A stretch of DNA of 63,953 nt, the filler included, from Acidimicrobiia bacterium (lineage in GTDB: Bacteria > Actinomycetota > Acidimicrobiia > Spongiisociales > CAZKJJ01): NCBI GenBank assembly GCA_046759765.1. It is 8 parts of 8 records of this genome, joined end to end, with 100 filler letters (N's around TTAATTAATTAA, not from the genome) between each part and the next. Parts side by side here need not be neighbours in the genome. Positions count along the whole stretch, not along the records: positions 1 to 8,593 come from JBHICV010000109.1; 7 more parts are not named here. One strand, given 5' to 3'. Shown here in pieces: positions 1 to 8,693 of this stretch. Position numbers and translations under genes: made by a program. Under the pieces are notes generated by a model. The model was given only the letters and a program-made list of their open reading frames with translations. It did no database searches and was not told the DNA's origin. Within the stretch, counting starts at the first letter, position 1. Each line of letters opens with the position of its first letter.

Positions 1-219
1 CGAGCGGATTCCATCGAGACGCTGACCGACCGGATGCAGCTGGTTAGTGTCGAGCTGATCGAGTGGTACGGAGTAAGACTGTTCACCGACGGCTGGATCG
101 CAGAAGACATCGATGAGGACGAGGTCTCTGTGCTGCAGGCGCTCGAATTGGAGGCGAGTGTTCGTGATCCTTACCGCCAGCTAAGCCGCCTCTTTCATTG
201 GGTTGGTCAACGCATCTAG
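1..219 (+). CDS. Probable SAM-dependent methyltransferase, C-terminal part (5' end outside window)
   Basis: Frame open from base 1; C-terminal WYGVRLFTD...ELEASVRDPYRQLSRLFH resembles actinobacterial class I methyltransferase C-termini. Confidence 0.55.
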   Translation, partial: RADSIETLTDRMQLVSVELIEWYGVRLFTDGWIAEDIDEDEVSVLQALELEASVRDPYRQLSRLFHWVGQRI

Positions 220-295
220 CGTTAACCGACCCCTGCACTGCGGCTCGCCCGACCAAGCACGAATCGCGCCGAGTTCACACCGCATCGGCCACGCA

Positions 296-323
296 CCCGC
301 CCATATCGGCATGTATCCGCTAC
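296..323 (+). repeat. dif-like 28-bp site copy A (CCCGCCCATAT CGGCAT GTATCCGCTAC)
   Basis: Matches copies at 1095, 1357, 3671, 4682 and 51901(-); the repeat is direct observation, the function is inferred. Confidence 0.65.
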
Positions 324-501
324 CCAGGACGTAGGCGAAACTGAGGGTATCGCCGGTCATCTAACCGTGGAAGGATGATTCGTCGCTGGTAGTCCCCTGT
401 GTTGCAAGGGCAGGGGCGGACATCCACGGTCCAAAGTACGGTCGATCCGTGAAAAGCGATCCGACTCTCTGCGGCGGAACAGGCGACCCACCGGTGACTG
501 A

Positions 502-1089
502 ATGAGTGAGCTTGCAGCATTAGCCGCGTTCTCGTTCGTGAGCGCCGCGACGCCCGGACCCAACAATGTCATGTTGTGGGCATCCGGAGTCCAGTTCGGT
601 CTCCGGCCAACTCTGCCCCATGTCTTTGGAACATCCATTGGCATTGGGACGATGGCGGTCGCTGTTGCCGCTGGGCTGGGGGTTCTGATCACCACATTTC
701 CCCAGCTGGAGTTGACGCTGAGAGTAATCGGATCTCTTTATCTGCTGTACCTCGCCTACAAGATCGCAGGCATCAGCGTCGTCCAGCAATCCAACATGGC
801 CAGTCCGCTCGGGCTGGGACAGGCGACAGCATTCCAATACGTCAACCCCAAGGCCTGGGTATTCGTCCTGGCAGCACTCACCGCTTTTCGGCCAACCGGA
901 CTGCCAGTTGTCCTGGGTAGTGCACTCATGGCGCTAACCATGATGTTCGTTGTCGTCCCTGCGGCCTTCCTATGGGCAGCTGGAGGCACCGTCCTCAACC
1001 GCCTCATCAGCGGACGGCAGGCGCGCCGCATCCTCAGCGTCATCCTTGCTGTCTTACTCGCTGCCACCGTTGCCTACATCTGGATCTGA
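502..1089 (+). CDS. LysE family translocator
   Basis: ATPGPNN, YLLYLAYKIA and FQYVNPKAW motifs; hydrophobic 195 aa. Confidence 0.93.
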   Translation: MSELAALAAFSFVSAATPGPNNVMLWASGVQFGLRPTLPHVFGTSIGIGTMAVAVAAGLGVLITTFPQLELTLRVIGSLYLLYLAYKIAGISVVQQSNMASPLGLGQATAFQYVNPKAWVFVLAALTAFRPTGLPVVLGSALMALTMMFVVVPAAFLWAAGGTVLNRLISGRQARRILSVILAVLLAATVAYIWI

Positions 1090-1094
1090 GATGA

Positions 1095-1122
1095 GCCGCC
1101 CATATCGGCACACATGCGCTGG
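1095..1122 (+). repeat. dif-like site copy B (GCCGCCCATAT CGGCAC ACATGCGCTGG)
   Basis: 5 bp after the LysE stop codon; matches the other copies. Confidence 0.7.
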
Positions 1123-1174
1123 CTCAATCGCTCACGGGGCGTACACTCGCCGCGTCTGGATGAGGTAGGTGAGT

Positions 1175-1357
1175 ATGAGCTCTAGCAGAGCAGGTGTCGC
1201 GGGTGGAGGGGCGATCTACGGCCTGGGCATTTTCGGAGCATTCGTGTACTTCTGGCAGCAAGCAGACACGTTCTGGGAGTACGTGTTGTCCTTCTTCCAG
1301 GGACTCTTGTGGCCAGCCTTCATGGTCTATGAAGTCTTCGCTGCCCTTCGCGGCTGA
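1175..1357 (+). CDS. Small two-helix membrane protein
   Basis: 60 aa, GAIYGLGIFGAFVYFWQQA...QGLLWPAFMVYE; purine-rich SD upstream. Confidence 0.8.
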   Translation: MSSSRAGVAGGGAIYGLGIFGAFVYFWQQADTFWEYVLSFFQGLLWPAFMVYEVFAALRG

Positions 1358-1384
1358 CCGCCTATATCGGCACATATGCAGAAC
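1357..1384 (+). repeat. dif-like site copy C (ACCGCCTATAT CGGCAC ATATGCAGAAC)
   Basis: Starts on the last base of the TGA stop; ATAT/ATAT inverted repeat around a 6-bp spacer. Confidence 0.7.
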
Positions 1385-1811
1385 TGAAGTAGACGACGGG
1401 TGCTTGCCCATATTCCGGTTATGGCCAAGAGGGGCGTGGGTTGAGATACGAACTGCTGACACTCGCTTGAACCCACTACTCAATCTGGCGACCGAAAGCA
1501 CCAAGATGGTCTCGGCGGGTCTCTAGCCACCCATTTCAACGGCCCCGTCGCGCGAAGCAAGATGAGCGTATGCTCACACGGTCGAGTGGACGGAGGATGG
1601 GGGCCTACTTGAGGTGTTCAGACGTCCCTCGCCAAACTGGGACTTCGCGGTGCCGCGAGCACCGAGGAGTGGACATAAGCTTGGGGCTCCGGCGGCTCGG
1701 GATCGCTATCTAGGTATTCACGATCGCGCTGGGACTTTGCCATCATCTTGAAGGTGTTGCGGTTCAATCGCTCCGGATGCCCCATCTAGTGAAAGAGAGG
1801 GGTGTAGCCGA

Positions 1812-2480
1812 ATGGAAGAGCCATTGAACGCTGCGATCACAGCCCTAGTGGTCACAGACCCTCAGAACGACTTTCTGAGCACAAAGGGCGCGTTCTGGGA
1901 CGCGGTAAAGCAGAGCGTGAATGAGAACAACACGATCGAGAACATCGAAACGATGTTCCGCGCTGCCAAGGAGGGCGGGGTTCCGGTGTTCATCTCGCCT
2001 CACTATTACTTCCCGTGGGACCACAAGTGGAAGTTCGCAGGCACGATCGAAAAGGCGATGCACGACGTTGGTATGTACGATCGGCCGAACCCCCTCGACT
2101 TGACCGGGTTCGAAGGCTCTGGTGCTGACTTTCTGGATCAGTACAAGCAGTACATCCACGACGGCGAGACGGTGGTTGCCAGTCCGCACAAGGTCTACGG
2201 CCCGGAGAACAACGATCTCCTGCTTCAGCTGAGAAAGCGGCGCATCGACTCCGTTTACTTGTGCGGAATGTCAGCCAATCTGTGCACCGAGGCGCACCTG
2301 CGCGAATTTCTGGAACAGGGATTCGAGGTGACTGTGGTCAGGGACGCCACGGCGGCGGCGATACTCCCCGACCTCGGCGACGGTTACGCGGCGGCGCTGA
2401 CCAACTTCAAGTTCCTAGCGAATGCTGTGGTCCGCACTGAAGAGGCGGCGTCGGCACTCCAGACTGCCAAAGCCGAATAA
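1812..2480 (+). CDS. Cysteine hydrolase (isochorismatase family)
   Basis: TDPQNDF, HKVYGP and GMSANLC motifs (D-K-C triad); SD GAGAGG. Confidence 0.92.
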   Translation: MEEPLNAAITALVVTDPQNDFLSTKGAFWDAVKQSVNENNTIENIETMFRAAKEGGVPVFISPHYYFPWDHKWKFAGTIEKAMHDVGMYDRPNPLDLTGFEGSGADFLDQYKQYIHDGETVVASPHKVYGPENNDLLLQLRKRRIDSVYLCGMSANLCTEAHLREFLEQGFEVTVVRDATAAAILPDLGDGYAAALTNFKFLANAVVRTEEAASALQTAKAE

Positions 2481-2696
2481 GGGTCGGACGCAGTCGGGCG
2501 TCTTCTTGCGTGGTGACGGCAGGCTGGCTTCGGTCCGACACGTTTCGCGCGTCCGAAGGACTCCAGGACGTCACGCAGGTGGTGCTGACAACCGAGCTGA
2601 GTATGGGCGACGCGGTGCGGATGCCGCTTGTTTGCGCAGGGCGCGTGCGCGCCGATTTTCGGTTTGATCCGAGGGCTACGGATTGAAGGGGGTGGT

Positions 2697-3512
2697 TTGG
2701 CTTCCGTCCTTCGGTTGTTTCCCGGTCCGGTCACAGAGTTACCGTTGGAAGGGCTCTATCTGGGGCTCAACCTTCGGGACTCGCAAAGAACCGACCGTGC
2801 GTTCGTTTATAGCTCCTTTGTCATGAGTCTCGACGGTCGGATCGCGGTTGGGCAGCCCGACGATTCGATCGGCGGTGTCCCGGCCGCAATTGCAAATGAC
2901 CGTGACTGGCGTCTGTTCCAGGAGTTGGCGATCCAGGCTGACGTCCTGATCACCAGCGGCCGGTACGCGCGCCGGCGGATGTACGGAAACGCTGATCCAA
3001 TCGTCACGGTGTACGACGACCCTCGGCTGGCCGACCTGGTGTCTTGGCGCCGAGACCATGGGCTGCCTGACCAGCCGGTGGTGGCCGTGGTTAGTCGCTC
3101 GCTCGACTTCGACCCCTCCGGTCTCCACGCCGGCGACGTCATAGTCATCACCGCAAACAGCGCGGACTCCGAGCGCGTCGGAGCGATTAGACAAGCGGGC
3201 CTGCCGGTTCACATTGCAGGGGACGACTCCGTTGAAGGAAGTGAGATGGCCCGTCAGCTAGCCGAAGAAGGGCTACGGATAGCGTTCTCCGCCGCCGGAC
3301 CCCAAGTCCTGTGGACACTGATCGATGCCGGAAGACTCGATCGCCTCTTCCTCACTCTCACCGACCGAATACTGGGAGGTGAAAGCTATACAGGTCTGGT
3401 GGAGGGCGCCGTCTTCAGAACACCCGTGCGTATGGGTCTCAAGTCGCTCTACCTGGACCAAGGATCCGATGGGGCCACTGAGCAGCTATTCGTCAGTTAT
3501 TTTCCGACGTAG
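2697..3512 (+). CDS. RibD C-terminal/dihydrofolate reductase family protein
   Basis: FVMSLDGRIA, DWRLFQEL, AGPQV and LDRLFLT motifs; start placed at TTG 2697 after GAAGGGGG. Confidence 0.85.
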   Translation: MASVLRLFPGPVTELPLEGLYLGLNLRDSQRTDRAFVYSSFVMSLDGRIAVGQPDDSIGGVPAAIANDRDWRLFQELAIQADVLITSGRYARRRMYGNADPIVTVYDDPRLADLVSWRRDHGLPDQPVVAVVSRSLDFDPSGLHAGDVIVITANSADSERVGAIRQAGLPVHIAGDDSVEGSEMARQLAEEGLRIAFSAAGPQVLWTLIDAGRLDRLFLTLTDRILGGESYTGLVEGAVFRTPVRMGLKSLYLDQGSDGATEQLFVSYFPT

Positions 3513-3521
3513 GTGAAATAA

Positions 3522-3671
3522 GCCCCGGCCACTGGCCGACTTGTCTTCAATCTCTTTGGCCTGCCCTACCCCGGCCTCTACGACAAATTCCTGATCGTTG
3601 TGAGCTTCGTGTTCAACGCAATGATCGTCTGGTATGCCTGGACGTGGATCTCCGCCCTTGCCCAGTCCTAG
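3522..3671 (+). pseudogene. 3' fragment of a membrane protein gene (DUF6326-like)
   Basis: Frame with no start codon at its 5' end, LVFNLFGLPYPGLYDKFLIVVSFVFNAMIVWYAWTWISALAQS*; IVWYAWxW end resembles DUF6326 C-termini; not in the ORF track. Confidence 0.5.
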
Positions 3672-3698
3672 CTGCCTGTAGAGGCACATATGTGTTAC
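3671..3698 (+). repeat. dif-like site copy D (GCTGCCTGTAG AGGCAC ATATGTGTTAC)
   Basis: 16/19 identity to copy C over gcctNtaNNggcacatatg; starts on the last base of a TAG stop, same register as copy C. Confidence 0.6.
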
Positions 3699-3756
3699 TC
3701 GAGATAGATCTAAGGGTTGAGATCTTGCGGCTGATGGGCGGGCCTAGCCTTCTTCC

Positions 3757-4656
3757 GTGACCGGATCTCCTGATCTGTTGGTGCGTGTTGGTGATCGTCG
3801 CCTGCATGGCTGGCTTGGGGGAGCTGCCGACGGGTTGGCGCTGTTGTTTCAGCCGGGTACGCCCGCACCGCCGGTGTACTGGGCTTCTCTCGATCGTGCA
3901 GCAAAGGAACGTGGCCTGACGCTCCTCAGCTACGCCCGGCCGGGCTATTCGGGTTCCACTCGCCACCACGGACGGTCGGTCACAGACGCTGCGGCGGATG
4001 CATCGTCTGTGATGGAACACGCCGAAGCGGACGTTTTCGTGACTTTGGGTCATTCCGGTGGCGGACCGCACGCCCTTGCCTGTGCGGCTCTTCTTCCCAA
4101 CCAATGTGTCGGTACTGCGACACTGGGTTCCGTTGCCCCGTTCGATCTGTTTGGCGGCGACTGGATGATGGGAATGGCGAATGAGAATGTCGAGGAGTTC
4201 ACCACCGCATTGCAGGGGGAAGAAGCCCTCGAGCCGTTTCTGGCTGCTGAACTCGACCACTATTCCGCAGTAACGGGGGAGGACATCGCCGCGGCGCTTC
4301 GCGGCCTGGTCTCCGATGTTGATCGGAAAGCGCTGACCGGGGAACTAGCCGACGTGTTCGCCCGCTCTATCCGGCGGGCTGCTGCCGACGGGCTAGAGGG
4401 TTGGATCGACGACGACCTGGCTTTTTCGAAGCCGTGGGGATTCGACCTGGGGTCAATAGAAACGCCAGTGGCAATCTGGCAGGGACGGCACGATCGGATG
4501 GTTCCCTTCGCCCATGGAGAATGGTTGCATTCCCATATCCCTACCTCGAAGCCGCGGCTTCTCGAGGACGAAGGCCATATCTCGCTTCTAACGGAACGAC
4601 TGGGCGACATACTCGACGACCTCGTAGATATCTCAGATACCCGTGAGCCGCTGTAG
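3757..4656 (+). CDS. Alpha/beta fold hydrolase
   Basis: GHSGG nucleophile elbow, WQGRHDRMVP, EGHIS; TAGCCT 6 nt before GTG (leaderless). Confidence 0.93.
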   Translation: MTGSPDLLVRVGDRRLHGWLGGAADGLALLFQPGTPAPPVYWASLDRAAKERGLTLLSYARPGYSGSTRHHGRSVTDAAADASSVMEHAEADVFVTLGHSGGGPHALACAALLPNQCVGTATLGSVAPFDLFGGDWMMGMANENVEEFTTALQGEEALEPFLAAELDHYSAVTGEDIAAALRGLVSDVDRKALTGELADVFARSIRRAAADGLEGWIDDDLAFSKPWGFDLGSIETPVAIWQGRHDRMVPFAHGEWLHSHIPTSKPRLLEDEGHISLLTERLGDILDDLVDISDTREPL

Positions 4657-4681
4657 GCAGATCGGAGACAACCGCCCAGCA

Positions 4682-4710
4682 CCCGCCCATACCCGGCACA
4701 TAACGCCTGA
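4682..4710 (+). repeat. dif-like site copy E, 1-bp insertion (CCCGCCCATAC C CGGCAC ATAACGCCTGA)
   Basis: 25 bp after the hydrolase stop; shares GCACCCGCCCATA with copy A. Confidence 0.55.
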
Positions 4711-4751
4711 ATGGCAAAAACCAAGTCCATGGCGTGTATGGACGGCCACAC

Positions 4752-5315
4752 TCAGACGTGGGTAAGCACACCCTCTAGCGGCCGAGGCACCCGGGTCAGG
4801 TCAAGCGCATCTACTAGCAAGCGCCCGTACCGGGTCTTCCGCCCGGACCCGGCGCCGAAGAAACGCCGAAGCTGCTCCTCGCTGGCCCTGGTTCGCCACG
4901 GCGGCTGGTTTTGGAGGGTGCGAAAGGCCCCGAGCTCACCTTGACTCTCGATGACCCTCTCCACCGAGTCGACCCCAAGAGCCCGAATCAGCTCGTCCTC
5001 GAGGTCAACGACGCAGACGTAGAAACCCAGCGCCTCCATATCAGAGCGGGAGAGATCGGTGCCGAGTCCAGCTCGCTCCAGCCCTCGCTGAAAGTCGGCT
5101 ACCTCGCCTTTGTCGCAAAGGCCCGCCACTGTGCCTTCAAACCCCTGGACACCCAACAGGCGGTCCAAATACTCTCCCAGCGCCGCAGCACCGCCCATCG
5201 GCATCACCGATACGCCCTCCGCTTCAAGATTCCGTCCCAAACGTCCTGCCAGCGCTTCAAGGGCCACCTGATCGCTGACACCTTCAACAAGAACAACTGC
5301 TTCGACGCTCTTCAC
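4752..5315 (-). CDS. Stand-alone TOPRIM (OLD-nuclease-like) domain protein
   Basis: VVLVEGVSD, MGGA, GLCD and CVVDLEDELIRALG motifs; TACTCT 6 nt before GTG 5315. Confidence 0.85.
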   Translation of the reverse strand: MKSVEAVVLVEGVSDQVALEALAGRLGRNLEAEGVSVMPMGGAAALGEYLDRLLGVQGFEGTVAGLCDKGEVADFQRGLERAGLGTDLSRSDMEALGFYVCVVDLEDELIRALGVDSVERVIESQGELGAFRTLQNQPPWRTRASEEQLRRFFGAGSGRKTRYGRLLVDALDLTRVPRPLEGVLTHV

Positions 5316-5741
5316 AGGATGAGAGTATCGCCCCCACCCTTCATCGCCGGATAACGCGCGCTGGCTGACGCTCGATATAGCGCTAGGAGGCGAGTCACCT
5401 GTACGCACCAGAATCGCGTGTGGCGCGATTCGGGTGAAAGAGCCTTTACGACGTGAGAGAGTTGGCGTGGTTGCCGAATCCATCAACGAGTCATTCACGG
5501 ACTTCGCGACAGCGGGGTCGGGTTCTTCTTAGCTGCGGCAATGGTTGGGCAGCGAACGCGGCAGTTTGGTGTTGCGGTACCTCCAACAAACACGACAACC
5601 AGCTTCAAAGGGCTGAAGCACAGGCCGTGCGGCTTGCGGCCATCGATCCGGCGCATCGGGGACTCGTCGTGGTGGGCCCAGCGGTGTGAGGAGGGAGGAG
5701 TGTTCGGGAACCGGATCGGTAGCCTCAGGTGTCAAATCTGT

Positions 5742-6515
5742 ATGCGCTTTTGGCAACGTATTGGACTGCTCCTCGTGGCGGCGTTGCTGTTTGCCGCCTG
5801 TGGATCGGATGAGCCCCCCTCCGCACAGACGCTTGAAGGAGCTTGGGTGTTGACCGCTGCCTCGGTCGATCGGACAACCCTCAGGCTGGACGACAGGTGG
5901 CGGGTCACGATGACGATTGCGGGTGCCGAAATCTCCGGTCGGGCCGCATGTAACAGCTATGGCGGAGCTGTCTCGATTGACAACGGGATGTTTTCGGTTG
6001 GCGAGATCGCTCAAACCGAGATGGCCTGTGAGCCGGTTGTGATGGAGATCGAGTCGTCGTTCATGCAAGGATTGCTCCGCGTCACAGCTGCCACCCGCTC
6101 TGGCGACATCGCTTCGCTCACCGGCGAGGGCGTCGAGTACACATTCAGCCTTCTTCCACCCGTTCCGACTGCCGAGTTGATTGGAACCAGATGGTCGCTG
6201 GACACCATCATCCGCGGTGACACAGCTAGCTCCACCGCGGCTACTGCCGACCCTGCCACGCTGCTTCTCAACGATGATGAGACGTTCATCGGTAGCACTG
6301 GCTGCCGTGAGATCTCGGGCGAGTACGTCGTGTTGGGCGACACAGTCCAGTTCACGTCGTTCAGCGCCGACGGCGAGTGCCGCACCGAAGTCCGGTCTCA
6401 GGACAGCCAAGTCGTGACTGTGCTGGGAGACGGATTCAGGGTCGAGATCGACGGCGACCGGCTCACTGTCACCGCCTCGGGAGGAGAAGGGCTCTCGTAC
6501 AGAGCGGAGCGATGA
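5742..6515 (+). CDS. META (HslJ) domain lipoprotein, two META domains
   Basis: Lipobox LFAAC; GRAACNSY..TEMAC and GSTGCRE repeats; start moved to ATG 5742. Confidence 0.88.
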   Translation: MRFWQRIGLLLVAALLFAACGSDEPPSAQTLEGAWVLTAASVDRTTLRLDDRWRVTMTIAGAEISGRAACNSYGGAVSIDNGMFSVGEIAQTEMACEPVVMEIESSFMQGLLRVTAATRSGDIASLTGEGVEYTFSLLPPVPTAELIGTRWSLDTIIRGDTASSTAATADPATLLLNDDETFIGSTGCREISGEYVVLGDTVQFTSFSADGECRTEVRSQDSQVVTVLGDGFRVEIDGDRLTVTASGGEGLSYRAER

Positions 6516-6581
6516 ATCGACACTGGCTCGTCACTGCGTGCCGAACGCCAGCAAAGGTGCACCCTGGATAGAGTTTGATCC

Positions 6582-7928
6582 TTGGAGCCCACTACTGGAT
6601 ATGCGGAGCTCGGTGATCAGCGGATCGCCTATCAGATCCTGGGTGACGGTCCGATCGATGTGGTCTACACGTTTGGATTCGTGGGTTCGATCGACGTCGA
6701 GTGGGAGGATCCGTCTGTCCGGCTCTTCTTTCAGCAGATAGCGAGGTACGCCAGGGTCATCCGGTTCGACCGGCGGGGCACAGGGGCGTCTGATCCGATC
6801 GCTTTGGATGCGCTGCCGCCGTGGGAGTCTTTCGCCGACGAAATCGAGGCGGTCATGGATTCAGTGGGATCAGATCAGGCTGCCGTCATCGCCGGGGGCC
6901 CGGCAGGCCCGGTCGGTCTGCTCTTTGCCGCCACCCGTCCGGAGCGGGTGAGGGCCCTCATTCTCTATCAGACGAGCGTCCGCTACCTGGAGGATGACGA
7001 CTATCCCATCGGGATTCCCCGCCAACAGTTAAACGAGTATCAGGCCCGGGTTCGAGAAGGCTGGGGCACCGGTGAGGTGCTGGACCTGATGTTTCCCAGC
7101 CGGGCGGGTGACGAGCGGTTCCGGACTTGGTACGCGAAGCTCGAGCGGTCGATCAGCAGCCCAGGGGCGATCCAGAAGTACATGGAAGCCGAGGCGGAGA
7201 TAGACGCCCGCGCCCTTTTGCCCACGATCACCGTACCTACCTTGGTGATCCATCGAACTGACAGCGAAGTCTCGCCGCTGGCCTGGGGGAGGTACATCGC
7301 CGACCACATCGAGGGGGCCCGGCTGGTTGAGCTACCCGGCGGCGACGTTGCCCCGTACTGGGACCATCCGGAACTCACCCTCGACGCGACCGAAGAGTTC
7401 CTGACCGGAATACGCAGGGAAGCGCCCAAGGACCGGCAGCTTGCCACCGTTCTCTTCACGGACGTCGTTGATTCCACCCGGAAAGCCGAGGAGCTCGGTG
7501 ACCGCCGTTGTCGGGTGCTGATCGACCTTCACGACAGCACGGCCCGTGACCTCGTGCATGATCACGCCGGCCACCTGGTCAGGACCACCGGGGACGGCAT
7601 CCTGGCCACTTTCGATGGGCCGGGCCGAGCAATCCGGGGTGCCACCGTCCTGCAGGACGAGCTCGCCAAAGCGGACCTGCAGATCCGCACCGGAATCCAC
7701 GCTGGAGAGATAGAGATCCTCGACAACGACGTGGCTGGCATTGCCGTCCATCTGGCCGCACGCATCATGGCTGCCGCCGGAGCCGGGGAGATCATGGTGT
7801 CCCGCACCGTCCGTGACCTGGTAGTGGGTTCGGGCATCTCCTTCAAGGACCGCGGCTCGTACACCCTCAAAGGCATCGAAGGCGAATGGCAGCTCTACTT
7901 GGTCATCCAACCCGGCGCGGTTACCTAG
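6582..7928 (+). CDS. Alpha/beta-hydrolase fold fused to class III adenylate/guanylate cyclase (LipJ-like)
   Basis: FDRRGTGASD N-terminal fold; TVLFTDVVDST, TTGDG and GIAVHLAARI cyclase motifs. Confidence 0.92.
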   Translation: MEPTTGYAELGDQRIAYQILGDGPIDVVYTFGFVGSIDVEWEDPSVRLFFQQIARYARVIRFDRRGTGASDPIALDALPPWESFADEIEAVMDSVGSDQAAVIAGGPAGPVGLLFAATRPERVRALILYQTSVRYLEDDDYPIGIPRQQLNEYQARVREGWGTGEVLDLMFPSRAGDERFRTWYAKLERSISSPGAIQKYMEAEAEIDARALLPTITVPTLVIHRTDSEVSPLAWGRYIADHIEGARLVELPGGDVAPYWDHPELTLDATEEFLTGIRREAPKDRQLATVLFTDVVDSTRKAEELGDRRCRVLIDLHDSTARDLVHDHAGHLVRTTGDGILATFDGPGRAIRGATVLQDELAKADLQIRTGIHAGEIEILDNDVAGIAVHLAARIMAAAGAGEIMVSRTVRDLVVGSGISFKDRGSYTLKGIEGEWQLYLVIQPGAVT

Positions 7929-8145
7929 CCGCGATCTGCGCTTCGAAGGTCTCCTAGGACGCAAGCACATGTCACCCGATCTCGAGCGGTCACGCCGGTT
8001 CCACGAAACGCACCGAACGAGCACTTCGGAGTGCGTGTCGTGGCATCATCCGCCACATGATCTCGGCTGACCAAGTCATGCCGCTTTTCCTTGAGTTCTG
8101 GTCCTCCGATTCACGCTCCATGACATCGACGGCGACTCGGCGCCG

Positions 8146-8593
8146 GTGATGGACATCGCGAGGCGCCGCAAGCTCGCTCGGGATCTCCTCGCTGGCTATG
8201 CGAGTGGCCCCGCTGCGGCGACTCAACCGACGGCCCGGGCGCTGGCGAGGGTGGAAGAGGCGCGCGCCATCGTGTTCGTCGAAGGGATCAGCGACCAGAT
8301 CGCGCTTGAGACGCTCGCCGGGCGTCGCGGCCGGGATCTCGATGCCGAAGGCGTGTTGGTCCTGCCGTTGGGCGGCGCCCAAGCGATCGTTCGCTACCTG
8401 CCCCGGTTTGCTCCCGCGGGAGCGGACGTGAGACTGGCCGGTCTCAGCGACGCGGGCGAGGAGGACATCTTCCGGCGCGGTCTCGCCAGGGCCGGCTTCG
8501 GTTCGCCCCAGACCCGCGCCGACATGGGGCGCCTGGGCTTCTACGTCTGGGTGGAGGATCTGGAGGACGAGTTGATTCGCGCCGTGGGTTCCC
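8146..8593 (+). CDS. Second TOPRIM (OLD-like) domain protein, 3' truncated by contig end
   Basis: IVFVEGISD, LGGA and DLEDELIRAVG motifs; paralogue of 4752-5315. Confidence 0.82.
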
Positions 8594-8693
8594 NNNNNNN
8601 NNNNNNNNNNNNNNNNNNNNNNNNNNNNNNNNNNNNNTTAATTAATTAANNNNNNNNNNNNNNNNNNNNNNNNNNNNNNNNNNNNNNNNNNNN
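8594..8693. other. Artificial contig linker
   Basis: N run + TTAATTAATTAA + N run, 100 bp. Confidence 0.99.

Noticed and set aside
425..449. ACGGTC direct repeats as integrase arm sites
   Set aside because: TACGGTCGATCC + start codon also occurs upstream of 20525(-); better explained as a -10 element
2596..2612. Reverse-strand partial match GTCGCCCATACTCAGC to the dif-like motif
   Set aside because: Left arm only; spacer and right arm not conserved
296..4710. Repeats as a CRISPR array or classical integron attC sites
   Set aside because: Spacing is hundreds to thousands of bp and contains genes; no cas or intI; no RYYYAAC/GTTRRRY boxes with a long hairpin
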